The notes beneath the pieces were generated by a model, which saw only the letters and a list, made by a program, of their open reading frames with translations, was not told the DNA's origin and made no database searches. The position numbers were made by a program, and so were the translations under genes. A DNA stretch of 64,000 bases from Entomortierella parvispora E1425 (lineage: Eukaryota; Fungi; Mortierellomycota), in the NCBI GenBank assembly GCA_020891255.1, contig BQFW01000003.1, positions 1,736,001 through 1,800,000 on the forward strand. The letters run 5' to 3'. Positions 1-19,700 of this stretch are shown here, piece after piece. Each line of letters starts with the position of its first letter. The first letter of the stretch is position 1.

Positions 1-877
1 GGAGAATCCATCGTTGGAACAAAGTCAGTGGATCCCAAGGGATTTGCTGGCTTATCATCTGCGCGAGCTCTGAGTTTGGTTTCCTGTAAGAAGACACCAG
101 ATCAAGAAAGAGAATAGCAGAGATAAGTACTTATGCTGCACTGTTCCTGACCGCACGTCTGACTCTGCGAATCCGGTCGTTCTCCACGTTACTGCGAAGC
201 AAGGAGCATGGTCGTGATTAGACAAAGCTGGTTTTGCTGTGGGACTTTGTTGAAGATGTCGTCCAGAGTCAGAGATGCCAAGTAGTAGACCTTGCAAGCT
301 TGACGAAGGAGCATGTCTAACAAGGGTACACAAAATTGGATGGTTATTATTGTTAATTATGGTCCTTGCCGGCAGAAATGCTTGAACGTTTTTGTTATCT
401 TAGTCTTTCTTATCCTTTACCCTGTCGCTCGGAAAGTTGCATCATTTGCATCTGGCTGGCGGGCTCCTCGCTGTTTCCCGAATTGCCGTTAGCTGATTCC
501 TCGGGGACGAGGGTTGGAGTGCCGAAGCGCGCAACCGACAGGAGATCCTCGAGCAAAAGGGCGCCTTGAATGGCCGCGGCCTTTGGGGGCAGGTTCGAAA
601 GCTACTTGGTGTAGATGGGAGCGTTGATATTAAGAAGAAAGATGAGGGGTTACAAAAAAAAGGAAAAGGAAAATAAAACAAGAGATAAAATGAAAAGGCA
701 AGGAGGAACACATACTTTGGACTTGAGCAATGTGGGGTTGAGAATGACCTCGAGCGGGTCGATGGAGGAGTTTTGGACAGGGACAGGGACAGGGACAGGG
801 ACAAGGACAGGGACAGCATCAAGGGCCGCGTCCATGTCAATGTCTCCATCGCTGTCGTAGCTCGTGGACATGCTCAT
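1..877 (-). CDS. Multi-exon gene running off the window start; possible Integrator complex subunit 8 (INTS8)-like protein
   Basis: Exons 877-716, 601-421, 316-193 and 83-<1 join in frame through GT-AG introns: MSMSTSYDSDGDIDMD...IDPLEVILNPTLLKSK|LSNLPPKAAAIQGALLLEDLLSVARF...ERQ|DMLLRQACKVYYLASLTLDDIFNKVPQQNQLCLITTMLLAS|QKPNSELAQMISQQIPWDPLTLFQRWIL. The gene model is well supported by phase consistency. The INTS8 identity is only a remembered resemblance, about 0.35 confidence. Confidence 0.75.
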
Positions 878-1286
878 GAGTCAGCACGCTGGATGAAGGT
901 GAAAAAAAGAAGAAAAGAAACAAGGAGACGAGCGAGAGAGACAGGGAGATGGGGCGTGGAGAATGAAGGAAAGACGCGACGACAGGGGGGAAAAGGAGGG
1001 CGAAGAGTAAGTTTGGCACTGCGTTGCACACTGCACACACTGCACACAACCACTGCACACAGCACACACTATCACACTGCACACATCCCACGATCGATCG
1101 CAGTCACCGGATCGCACGTCAACAAAAACACACACACACAAACGCGCCCTCTTCCCAGGCGCGTTTCTTGTCCCTGCCTCTTTCCTCTTTCCTCTTTCTC
1201 CATCGGTCTTCATTCGCATCCCTGCTCCTTGTTCCTCCCCTCCCCTCTCTCCCCTCTCCTCTCTCCTTGCTTCACATATCACCATA
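878..1286. promoter_or_regulatory. Bidirectional promoter (about 410 bp) shared by the minus-strand gene and MSH2
   Basis: Lies between divergent ATGs at 877 (-) and 1287 (+). Contains CA-rich and CT-rich tracts and a perfect 9-bp inverted repeat AAACGCGCC-N9-GGCGCGTTT at 1140-1166. Confidence 0.65.
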
Positions 1287-7605
<6,319 letters not shown>

Positions 7606-10600
7606 GTTCCTTTCGTTCCTTTCTTTTGATATCTAGACTGTCAGTCGCATTTTAACAATATACACACACAAAGAGAAAAAAAAATGAGGGAGGGAAGAGA
7701 GAAAGAGAGATGGAGGATGATCAGGGTGATCCTGGAAAACCTTTATTGCGCGCTCTGTGACCCTCCAGGCTTACAGCCTTAGAAATTGCATGACCGGGAA
7801 AACTGAACAAAAAAAAAAAAAAAAAAAGTGCGCAATAGCATTCAACAGTTATTTTGGATGTCTGATCTGCGCTTTTTGATCGATTGACGCCCTGGCCTTC
7901 GAAGGATTGGGTAGGGTCCTTCGCGTTTACCTTTGAACTCATGTCTTTTGTGCTCTCCCTCATTTCTTTTTGACAATGGTCCAAGCGCAACGGGCTGTCT
8001 TGGTGTTGGGGTTGAAAAGTAGGACACCACGCGATCGTTCTGCAAAACCATTGGTGGTCAATGTGGGTATTGTCTGCTTCGCTTTTGCATGATTACCTGG
8101 CACGCGTTCTTTGTTGGTCTGCGGAAGGAGGCACGAGCGATCCCGTCGTCTATGGTTTTGAGGAGGCACAAGCGTTTTTTCTAGGGTGAAGATACAGGAC
8201 GCGTCTTTTCTTTTTTTTTTATCTTTGTTTCTTGAATGGGGCGGCAAACAGGTTGTCAAGAGCCCTTCCTTCAAAGAAAGAGGTGATTATCCGCTGAACG
8301 GTGGGTGCTTCCGTTTCATGAGGGAATGGTACTTTGTGAGCCACAAGGGAAGAGGTCCCATGAGAACGAGGAAAAGGTCGAATAGAAGGGCTACATAGTA
8401 TCAGGAGGACAACGAACAGGGTACCAGCAAGAAGGATACCTGCACAGCATTGGAGCAGAAGAAGCAAAAAGTATCAAGAAAACAGAGCAGGAATGGGTCC
8501 ATTGGAGTTGAGAAAAAGGCATACCAGTCAAGGACGTCCAAGTCGAGATCTTTGCCATTTTTCACTCTCTCATCCTCGCAGCTCCTTATCAGCAGAGAGT
8601 GATTTTTTTTTTTTTTTTTTTTTTTTTGACCTTCACTCTTTTGAGCGACAGAGGACGAGAGCACCCTGAGAACAACGTTCCCTCCGAATGGGTGGAGACA
8701 GAGGATGTGGGGAAGAGAACGTTTTCTTGAGTAACAGAGTAACAATCCAGGCAAAGGCAAAAATGTCGAATGTCCAAAATAAAATAAACAAAGTATTTTA
8801 TCCTCAGTAATGACAATCGAATACCTGATCTTCCGGAATGTCGGAAAAAAAAACTCATGTATCTTTGACCATGTAGTAGACACAGACAGGCCTAAAAGGA
8901 ATGACGGAAGAATGAGTAATTCGGAGTGGGACAACTCATGGCAAATAGTCCAATGCTTGGGTTGTTGTTGTTGTTGCTGTCGCTCTTCAAGCAACCCCCA
9001 CTCATCCTTCATTGAGTGTGCATGTCCAAAGGTCAAGGCATTGACTAGCGGAAATCGTATGGTTTTGACTAGTTCTCTTCAAGTCTTTGAGCGCCGAAAG
9101 CCAGCACGGACAGCAGCCCTAGTGAACCTTAGCCTGGATCGACAACCTTCATTCAATGCCTCTTCCTCTTTCAGTCTCTTCGCACTTGAGCAGATGGAAG
9201 GTTAAGTGAAAAAAAAAAAAAAAAAAAGAGATAAAGTAAAGTGCGACCAGCGAACTTTTTGTCCTCATGGGAATGTGTGTGTCCTGGATCTTTTTTCAGC
9301 CTTCTCAGCTTTTCCAGTCGCCTCTCAAGTGTGGCAAGCAATTGTGGTCAATGGTTGTCTATTTTTGCCTAGAGGACTGAGAGTAGAAAGAGGGCACCAC
9401 TCGCGCTCACAAGACTTGGGTAAAAGCAAAAAAAAAAAAAAAAAAAAAAAAAAACACGAAAACGCTTTGATCCCACCATGCTGAAGAAACCCGTTAATTG
9501 GCGTGTTACAACTTCGACTCAAGTGTCAAGGTTTTATCTCTCTCTGTCACCTCGCCCCCAACAGCTCAACGTTTATTCATGGGTGTCTGACCTTGTATTC
9601 ATATCGTCTGTCCAGACCTGCTGCAAGGACACATGTAACATGTACCATGCAAGTACGTCCAAATGTACACTCCGTCCTTTGTTTCCTCTCCAGTTCTCGA
9701 ACACCAATCGAATCGTCCCCCACTGAAGGGGTTGTACTGAGAAAGAGGGAGGGGGCAGTGCGATGGAAAGCTCATACCATGTACTGATAGATTATCATCT
9801 CGGATCTTTCGCTCCGCTCCTCTCCCTCCACACAGAGGTCACCATGCGAGAAATGATCTTGTATCGCATCTATTTGTGTTGCGCATGATGAGCTGGATGC
9901 AATCTATACCTATGTGGTCACTCCCTCCTCCCCACTACATCCTTGTCTCCACTTTGCATTTCACCCATTTTCATTTTCGTCCACCACATGATTGGGACAA
10001 GAATCAACAATGCGGACGTTCCCATGAAGGATTTTTTCTTCTCCCCACTTTTCCTATGAACACAAACCAAATTAACACGGGGTCGAGGTTGGGGTGGGGA
10101 GGGACCTGTTCTATTCCTGGACACTCATTCTCAATCCTCCCCCAACTTTCTCACCCCCATTGATTACCGTTACTTGTGCAGTCCCGTGTCTATTCTTTCA
10201 TCGAACCCATTGGTTCAATTTGGTTTGAAGACGCGACAATTTGGCTAGCTCTATTTGCTCCCATCTGACATCCTCTGTCGTAGGTCCTAATGGACGCGTC
10301 AGAGGATGGATACATCATGCTACAGGGCCGTCTACATCCTTAAGTTCCAACCCATTCGCTTCCAGACCCAACCCAAATCGCTATTCACCATCTGCCTTTC
10401 TTCCCTATTTACTATCTTTTCTCCGCCGTAGGGAACGCGTCCTTCGGTCATTACTAGGTCGATTTCGGGCCTAATTTCATACAATTTCGGACAAGGAATG
10501 TGACATGTCGCGTTCCGGCCAAAAAAAAAAAAAATAAATAAATGAAAAGGCAATAAATGCAATGACAAAAGCGGCGGGCGGTGGAGAGGGAGAAAGAGAG

Positions 10601-13600
10601 GTGAAAAGGGGACCCATCGTAGTTCCTAAAAAAAGTGGCCGATCGATCCCGTGGCCGATCGATCCCATGGCCATCGGCTGTGTTTTGTTTTCATATATTC
10701 AATTTCACCTCTCCGTTGCGTGCCGATCGATGAGTTTGCGCGCGGTCGCGAGTGCATGTGTTGATGGGGCTGAGTGTCTGTGTGTGGGGGAGAGGGTTCT
10801 TTCTTATTGATTATTAGCGGGCGTTTTCTTTTGAATGCTAGAGACAGGCACGCAGAGAAGAAGGGCGAGTTTGTGAGTACGGGAGGAAAAGGTAACATGG
10901 TCTTTTTCTATTTTTTTCCAGTGGCCGTCGGAGTATGTTCCTTCCTTGAAGTAGACGGTTTCCTACAGTTGTGATCACCCGCTGACAATCAGTCTAAGGT
11001 TCTATTTCGCGATATGAGGGCAAGGGTAGAGATACGGTGCCCCTTGGCTTCTAGATTCAAGACTCACAAAAAAAAAAAAAAGAAAAAAAAAATCAAAACA
11101 AATTAAAAGGCCCCTTTGGCCGTCAAGAAGGAGGGTCGAGAGTTTTGACAATTCGACGGACACGGCATTCATTGGGTAAACACAGGAAGTAAAGGGCAAG
11201 AGAAGAGAGGTGGTGGCCAAAACTTGAAGAGCAAAACACAAAGCGATAATGAGAGAGTGGGGGTCAGAAGGGAGGGACGCAGGGGCATCAGGCGATCTGT
11301 CTATTATTATTGCGGTTGTTTCTGTGTCTTTCAACGTTCTAAACTTTCACTGGAGGGCAAGTGATCACAAATAGAAACCCAGAAAAAAATTGAAGGTACC
11401 TTACTGCGCTTTCTTGAGACCAGACCATCTTCAGCACCAGAAGGAATCGCAAAAAAAAAAAGCAATTGACCACAAAAAAAAATGAGCACCGACCAACAAA
11501 TGGTGGCCCCCTCCCTCCCCTACACCCCAATTCTCCTAACTTCTCCGACTCTTTGACGCAATTTCCTCTGCATGTTGTTGTCAGCAGGGCTGAGAAAAAT
11601 AGAGCAAAAAAAAAATACAAAAGAGCTTTTTCGGATGTCATTTTGTTTACGGCATCTAGCTCATACTCAATTGCTCGCTCTTTTGTTCTGTCTACAATTC
11701 TGAAACGTCTTAAACATACCGAGAAAAGTACCTAGGGGTCAAGAAGACAGGGGAACTGGGTCACAAATAGAGGGAAAAGGGCCAAAGGAAAGAGGACCGG
11801 AGAGACACATTGGGGAAAGGACTCGTTGGCTCTCTTGTCCCACATTATTTTAATTAGGATCTTTAAATTTCATTATTGTGACCCTTGTAGACGCTATGGC
11901 TGTGTTTGGATTTTCTTTGAGAATAAAATCTTGAGAGCATTTTGAACTGTCATCTCGATATTTTTGAGACCCTCTTCTCTATAAACAAACCAGGATGACG
12001 AGGGTAAGAGCGAAATGGAGAGTGGGAGCGCAAAAGAAGCCCGCAAGAGCGGGAGGGCCAAAAGGGCGAGAACACTAAGAGCATCTCAGCTCCATGTTTT
12101 TTTTTGTCTTTTTTAGAGAGAGGTACGCGTCCGTTCGCGAAGAAGAGCAAGTGACAGGGGTCCCCAAGCGTAATGATGTAAATACGTACCTCTGACGGGG
12201 ACGAAATAGCCTTTGATCTCAATATTGGACGGTTACCCGCGGAATTGCCAGGAGATCCCAGAACAGAAAACAAGACGTCGCTTTGGACTTCAGGTCACTG
12301 TACCCTCTACACGCTACAAGCTACAAGCTACAGTACATGATTTTTAAGCACGCTAAAAAAGATACCTCTCTCTCCGCACCTGCCTACTGGCCAATGCATT
12401 TTGTTGTCTTTATTTTTAGGGATAAACGCAAAACCAACGATAAATTATCATTTGGGCAAGAAAAATAATAATATTCGTGCGAGAATGTTGTGGAGAAATC
12501 ACAAATCATATCAATTGCCCCTCCTTCCGATACCCTGTGAACCCACGGCCGTGCGACATTGCCAAAAAGAAAAAAAAATTAGCTCGGTTTTGTGGTTTGT
12601 TCATTTTTGTTGATTTGTTTTTTTTTGGTTTTTGTGCAAGCTTTGTACCTTGCTCTCGGGTAACAAGACTGATACAGACGCGTCGACCAGTTTCCAGATC
12701 ATACGATGTTTTTCACGCGCGAGGAAGAGGAGCAAGGAGGAAGAGGAGCAGGAGGAGAAGGAGAAGGAGGGGAGGGGTTATTAGGAAGACAACGTTGAAT
12801 CCAACGTCAACAACGCTCCATGATTCTGTAACCTCTGTGAGCTTACGGTGCGAAGGGCATGAGCATGTTTTCCAATTCTTGGGATCAATTGCAGGAGAGA
12901 CCGATAACGTGGAAGAAGAGGTCAGTGGGTCAATGCATTATCCTTGGTCTTAGTCCACCCCTGTCTCTAACGCCCAATGCATGCGTTCATTGTTGGCCTG
13001 CCACGTTATCTACCCCTTCATCTCTTATTTCCCTCCCTCTGACTTATTTCCCTTCCCGCCCTCCCTGACGCCAGGATCCCCTCGCATCTTCTGGAACAAG
13101 CACAGCTCCGTTTTTCTGTATCCTTTTTTATTTTGTTGTTCTCTTTGAACGCGTCCTACGTCCTGCGCAGGGGAAAGGAGAGGGAAGGAAAGAGGGAGGA
13201 AGAGTTTCGTCAGACGTCGTAAACGGTCGCGTTATCTATGGGGTTGAAGAGAGATAGGTGAAGAGCAAACGAGTTCCCATGACCGATACCTTGAGTACGC
13301 TACGGTCCCCCCCGTGTACTCTTCCTTGTTTGACAATGAGGGCAGGGCAAGAGAGGGAATGAATGTTGGCAAACGCGAAAGAAAAAAATATTGAGTAGTT
13401 CGTTAACTCTGCTAATTCTGGAGTTCTCCAAGTCCTCCGGAGAGATTGCAAACGAGATCCCTTGTGTTTTCACCGAAAATAGGCGGTGATGTTGACATGG
13501 CCGTACTCGCGAGTCGATACGCTGTGCACAATTGCACTTCGAGAATGAGCTTTCTCCCCCTTGCAATCCATGCACCCCTAAACGCGTGCCACAGTCATGG

Positions 13601-16130
13601 TTTAATGCAATTGATCTATCCGGCAGGTACCTTGCGCTTCTATGTTTTTGTAGGACAAGAAAGGAGAAAAGAAAAAAAAAAAACTGGGGCAAATGAAGAG
13701 CTACATAATGCAGCACAGGGCGAGGGCGGGGTGTATATTCTTTTAGATAATAGAGAAACTGAGAGACAGCTCATGAACACAACATGCCATGGAATGTACG
13801 GAGGATTGCTGAAGGTCGTTGCTGTTGTGGATACAAGTGCTGCGTTCGGGCAATTGGTAAGAGCCAATTGACATTGCCGAAGAGGGGGATGTAAGGGGGC
13901 AGATCTGGGCGTGAGGTGATTGCTGCAAGGCAGATTGTTTTGAGGGCGTTCACCAGGAAAAAGAGATCGAGACGTCGTTCGACAAACACAAAGAGATGGG
14001 ACGTTTATTGTTGTCATTTTGTTGTTCTTGGTAGTCCATCTGGAGGCTAAAAGTACATGTAGCTCGCTCAACTTGGATATGGAGATTGCGTTTCTTGGGG
14101 TTTGGGGTTGAGTAGGGCTTGGGCAGACTAGGCAGGGAAATGACAATTTTCAGGCAATTGAGACACTAGGCGGGGCGAGAAATATCAAGGAGAAGAGAGG
14201 GGGCACATTCTTGTCAGGATCCTCTATTCGACTGTTACTCTGCCATTACAGGCTAGGTCTCTGGAGCACGAGGTTTCTCTCTCTTATTCTGGGAACTCGT
14301 TTTTTGCCAATCCAATTCGTGAGTGACTATCGGAAAATACCAAAGGAGGTAGGTAGGACGTACCCTCACAATCCTCATAAAGTGGACCGTGGGTATTGAG
14401 GTTATTGATTTGACTTTGTGAACCACGAAAGACTCAGTTGGCCGCTTCGCCGTTTCCTTGAGACAAGGCAAAACAAACATTTGAGAGTTCGCGTTTTTCT
14501 TTTTTCTTTTTCGGACGTCCTATGAGAGAGTGAGGCAGGGTGCATTTAATTGACATCCGCAATGACACAGTTGGGGAGTGCCGCAGGGGGAACGGTCTTT
14601 TTGTTTGTTGAGCAATTGAACAGCCACGTTTGAAGCAACTGATCTGGATCGAACTGCAGTGGTCGACTCCCGGGTCTTCCTTTTCGGTATTATTTAGAAC
14701 AAAGGAATGTTGACGCCAGAAGAGATTGAAGAGAGAGGGAGGGAAAAAGATAGTCGACCAGCAAGTTCTACAGATAGCTGAGCCAGAGGGAGAGAGAGAG
14801 ATAAAGGCAGTGGTGTGATCTGTGTGTTTGGTTGCTGTTGCGTGTGCTCGTGCACGCCCTCGATGGCTAGAGGGGATAGATACTCGACGTCCAGAACCAG
14901 TCGCATCTTTTTCACCATGTAGCTCTGTGTTCGCACTGTCTCCACTTTTTTTTTGTATATCTTTCCTTATTCTCCACAGAAGCACAGGCACAAGCACGAG
15001 CACGAGCTTGAGCACGTCCTGTCATTGCATGGTCGGGGTCCAGCGAGACTAACAAGCGTTCATCCTTTCCCCCTCTATGGAGGGACAGAGCAGGCAACAC
15101 ATGCACGGAGCAGCAGCCAACGGACAGGCCAGCAAGTTCCAGTGTGGGGTCAAGAAGGACAGGAATGTTGCATTGAGCGATCATATGCTGGTGGGCAGCA
15201 ACGCACAGAGGATAGAGACCGAGGCGATAAGAACGAATCGCCCCCTCAACTTTCACGGACACATATTGGGGCTGGTGGTTTCGTGCTCGTGCCCTCCCCT
15301 CTTTCCTTCTCCTTCCACTCTCTTCTGCGGTGCCCCATATGATTCCACCCTCATGCTTCTTCACTGCTGCTGCTCCTAAAAATACGAATAAAAAAAAAAG
15401 GAAAAGCCAATAAAGAGTCAACTCAATCAATGGAGGTAAACTGGTAAACAAGAGCACTTGAGCAATGCGAAAAACTATTTTAATACTTTTGTGGATTATT
15501 TTTATTCGAGTTTCTTATATCTGTCAAACACTTCTTGTTCTCGACCCTTGATCTTTGCCTCCATTCAAACAGCTCATGCCAGTATATCATCAGTGTTAGG
15601 ATGGATGACGTGCGGAGGGTCTAGTCTACCGATCAAGTAGAAACGATGTGAGGGTCAAGAGTTGTGATGTGATAGGATGCATGGAAGGAACAAGAGAGTG
15701 TGGTGTGGAGAGGGGTGACCAGAAAAGCAGGGCGAGAGAGCGAGGGCCCATTGAGGCAAGCAACGAGAGAGCAGACACAGACAGAAGAGATAGGGGAAGG
15801 CAGCAGCAGCAGCAGCAAGAAGGAAGACCGAGACAAAGTTTATGTATGTCAGGCAGGTACCTGCTCTACAGAAATGATTGGCTGGCGTGTTTTATATTGG
15901 TTCTGTGTTCGTCGTTTGTGTTTTGTCGATGTTTGAGTACTCACCGCAAACCAGTATTCAAAAGGAGGTCAAGGTCTTTTTGGTCTATTCAAACCACGAT
16001 TGAGTAGAGGCACTCAATTGAATCAACATATCAGCGATGCGAACGACCTTGCCTTGCTTGTATTGACATCAATTCACTAACTGGAAGCCAGTCCTTTCTC
16101 CAGCGCTGGTCAAAGAACAGTTGCCTCTCC
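7606..16130. promoter_or_regulatory. Long (about 8.5 kb) gene-free region upstream of the C2H2 transcription factor
   Basis: No ORF with recognisable protein character. Many poly-A/T and purine/pyrimidine tracts and repeated ACGCGT hexamers. Confidence 0.5.
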
Positions 16131-16137
16131 CGTCCTG

Positions 16138-16144
16138 TATAAAA
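16138..16144 (+). promoter_or_regulatory. TATA box of the C2H2 TF gene
   Basis: TATAAAA followed by a CA/CT-rich leader, a probable 5'UTR intron (CAG|GTGCGT at about 16491 to TTTTCAG at about 16748) and an ATG at 16777. Confidence 0.55.
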
Positions 16145-16776
16145 GGCAATCCATCGCTGCTCCCCCCCTGCTTTGAAGATGGAGAAGAGGGGAACACACA
16201 CCGAACACACTCACACACGCACTACCTTCACTCATCGACCATCTTCACTCCTTCGCACGCTCAGTCGCTCTCTCAATCGCTTCCAAACAGCAGCAGTAAC
16301 CTTTGTCATCAGCATCGACCTCTCCCACGGATCCGCCGTTCTCCCTTTGCCCTGCAGCCGCCAATCAGCTCGGATCCACCCTCGAAACAACACCAGTCGA
16401 CGACGACCCTTGATTTGATTTGCTTTTATTTGCTATTCACTCCCTTCCCTTGCCTGTCGAATCTCGCTCCTCCTCTCTTGATCCTCTCCAGGTGCGTTCT
16501 TCTTTCTTGGGGTACCCTCTGGTTCTCTGTTTCTCTGTGCACGCAGTCGACTATCTCGAACAAGCCCATTAACATTCAGTCTGTTCTATATATTTCATCC
16601 TTCCCCCCTCTTTTTTCTCCCCTTTTTTCTTCTTTCTTTGCTCCTCTTCCCTTTTGCTGCTCCGTGGGATTGACTTTTCATCATCATTATCGTCATCGCC
16701 GTTGCCATTTTGCAGGGCCCTTATTTGCTCTCTTATCTCCTTTTCAGCCCTACACCCCTTCATCGTCCAGATCGCC

Positions 16777-19700
16777 ATGCACTCTAACAATACCCAGGTC
16801 CAGGTCCAGATACCCGCCTTTTACCTTGGATCCGTCGCTATGAGCGCCAGCCTTGGTTTCAGTGGCGGTGGCAGCAACACAATCGAGCATAACCACCCCA
16901 CCTCGACCCTGCATCCTTTCCATCCCGCCACTACCGCACACGCCCACCACTACCACAGCAGCCATAGCAACAACAACAGCAACAACGGTCATGGTCACCA
17001 CCACCACAGCCACCACAGCACCACCAACCCTCCTTCGCCTGTCCACCACCAGTCTTCCTCCTCCTCATCCCCCCACAGCACCTCCATCTCCACATCCGTA
17101 CCATATCACGGCTACAACGCCGCTGATCTGCACAAGACTTTTGAGTCGCAGGTTGACATCTATCAGCCCCCGCCCCAGCCCCAGGACCAGGAGTTGCTGA
17201 CACCCATGATGAACCGTCATCTCAACAACAACCACGCTAGCAATTACCATGCTCCCCACCACAGCTATAACCAGCATTATGTTGCCCATCAGCAATACTC
17301 GTCTGCTTCATCTCCATATCACAACTACCCCAAGCAACAACCACAGCATCAACAGCAACAGCAACAGCAGTCCACGTCTTCCTCACCCGCGTCCTCTGTT
17401 CATACTCAGCCTCAGAGTTCACAGCAACTCGACTCCCCATACTCCAACGCTGCCACACCTACACCTTCCCTTTCCTCGACCATGTCCACCACCGTCTCGT
17501 CTGCATCTACGCCTTCTTTGGCATCCAATGTTTCCACGTTGCAGCACGGTAGTGATTATGATCATCACAGCAACAATGGTGGTCTTCGCACCGAGTCAAG
17601 GCAGACCGCGTCCCCTGGCATGTCTCCTGTGACAGCCTCTACCTCTACCTCCTTCCACATCCCTGCATCCCCTGAAGAGCTTCCTCTTGGTGCTTCTCAT
17701 CTTAGCGGCTCTCCTCGGTCTATGGGCCAAGCCATGTCCAATTGGACTCCCAATCAAGGTATGCCCGCCCGCCCGCCCTAACTCCCTTCCCTCACCTAAT
17801 GAGTGTCTCAACTGACTGGGGTTCTAATCACGTATCTTTAGAATCCGAGATGCCCTCGCAGGACGCCCATGCTCCGACGGGTGCCGGTAAAGCCGACCGA
17901 TCGTCGCCGTACTATGCGCAGTCCGCGCAGACGTCCACCCTGTACAGGTAAGCGTAAGGGCAGAAAGGGGCACGATAGCGACGTGAGCTAATTTCAGACC
18001 GAGGGGGATAAAAAAGAAAATTTTTGATCGAGAAGAGAGAGACCCACGAGTTGAGAAGAGAGAGACCGATCGGGGTGCGGAGGGATGAAACAGATCGAGA
18101 GAGAGAGAACGCTTTTTTGCTTTGGGCGGCTGGGTTCTTTGGCCCATGGGGAATGGATGGATGGACTCTAACGGTTGCATTTTTGCTTTCCTGATATATC
18201 ACAGCCAACAAGACTCGCAGGCTCATGCACAGCAGCAGCAGACCCAGGCTCAGTCTTGGGTGGCCAGCATGTCGAACGACGACTTTCATACATCCTCGCA
18301 AGAGCTTCTTGGTAAGTTTGCTTCTTGTGCTCAGACCCTTTCTGCTCCTCTTCTGTCTCCATTGCTATCCCCCAAGAAGAAAAGACCCTCACACCACACG
18401 ACAAAACATCAGCAATGGAGAGCAGAAAGAAAAAAAGCACTGCCAACAGCCTTGTCTTTTTTCTTCCTATCTTTTCGGAGCGTAACACAAAAACCTTGTG
18501 CAGTTGACTCTTCCTCTTATGGAATCTGACTCCAAATTATCCCACGGTTCAACAATTCCTTCTTTGCCCTTTTGCTTTTTCGTCTTTCTTGTCTTTGTTT
18601 GTGCTCGGCTGGGGATGGTCGAGTGTGTTTGACCCTGCATCCTGCACTCGCTTCTGTGTCGTGCAGAGACAATGGGAGGGAATCCGAGTTCCTCGTTATC
18701 GCTGTGCTTGACTGTGGTGGGCTGTGCTTCTCCAGTATTGAGGGTGTCAAACATGCCAGCAGAGGCAGGCTCCAGTTAGGGTTTCTTCCGTGGCCAAATT
18801 GACTTGAGTTTAAAAGAGCCTTTTTTTATGGTTTTATTTACTCGAGCTTTAAAGCTTGTTTTGTTTAATCCGGTTTTCTGCACCTCTTTTATCGATTCTT
18901 GTTGTCTAATCATTCCTCTTTTTACTTCTCTTTAGATCAACACCAGGGACGACAGCAAAGCAACCAGCGCGCCTCGACTCAGTCCTCAAGAGCCGACGAC
19001 TACTCATACAGTCAGGGTTCGAGTCACCAGGGACCCTCGGTGCCTTCGCAGCAGATGTGTGCTCTCCCTCTGTTGTCGCCTGCCACCTTGCTTCAGTCCG
19101 ACTACCAGGCTCCTTCTTCATACGCACCCGGTTCCATGGGAATGGGCATGCAAGAAGCCCCCACTCTGCTCTCGCACGTTGACTATAACCGCATGTCTTC
19201 TTCATCCATGGCACCTCCCTCTGTCGCGTCGTCGGGCACCAACAAGGGTCGCTATGGCGGACCTATCAGAACACACAAGAAGAGGAACTCGTCCATTGGC
19301 TCTCATCGTGAGCTAGGAACGAGAACCCGCACCAATTCTGTCAACTCGACCTCGTCTGCGGCTTCCAGCGGTATCCTCTCTTTGACTTCGAACATGGGCT
19401 CCGCCTCTATGAACTCTCGCCTCCCTGATTTGTCAACGACCTTTGAGGAGCTCGATGAGGCTACTGAGGCTCAGTCCGCAAAGTTTAACATGTTCCAGGA
19501 CGAGGAAGAAGACTCGGACTCGCCCACGACCATCGTGAACCGACCTCGTGCCAACACTGCTCCCCGCAAGGCTGTCGCTGCTCGCGTTTTTGAGTGCTCG
19601 ATCCCCGGATGCACCAAGGCCTACACCCAGCTTCACAACCTCAAGTCTCACGAGCGTACAGGACACACTCCTGTGATCAAGCTTAAGCCTTTCCGCTGCA

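Noticed and set aside
8401-15460. Numerous 60-210 aa ORFs in the long intergenic region
   Set aside because: They are dominated by poly-F/K/L from homopolymer tracts, with no splice-consistent model or recognisable domain.
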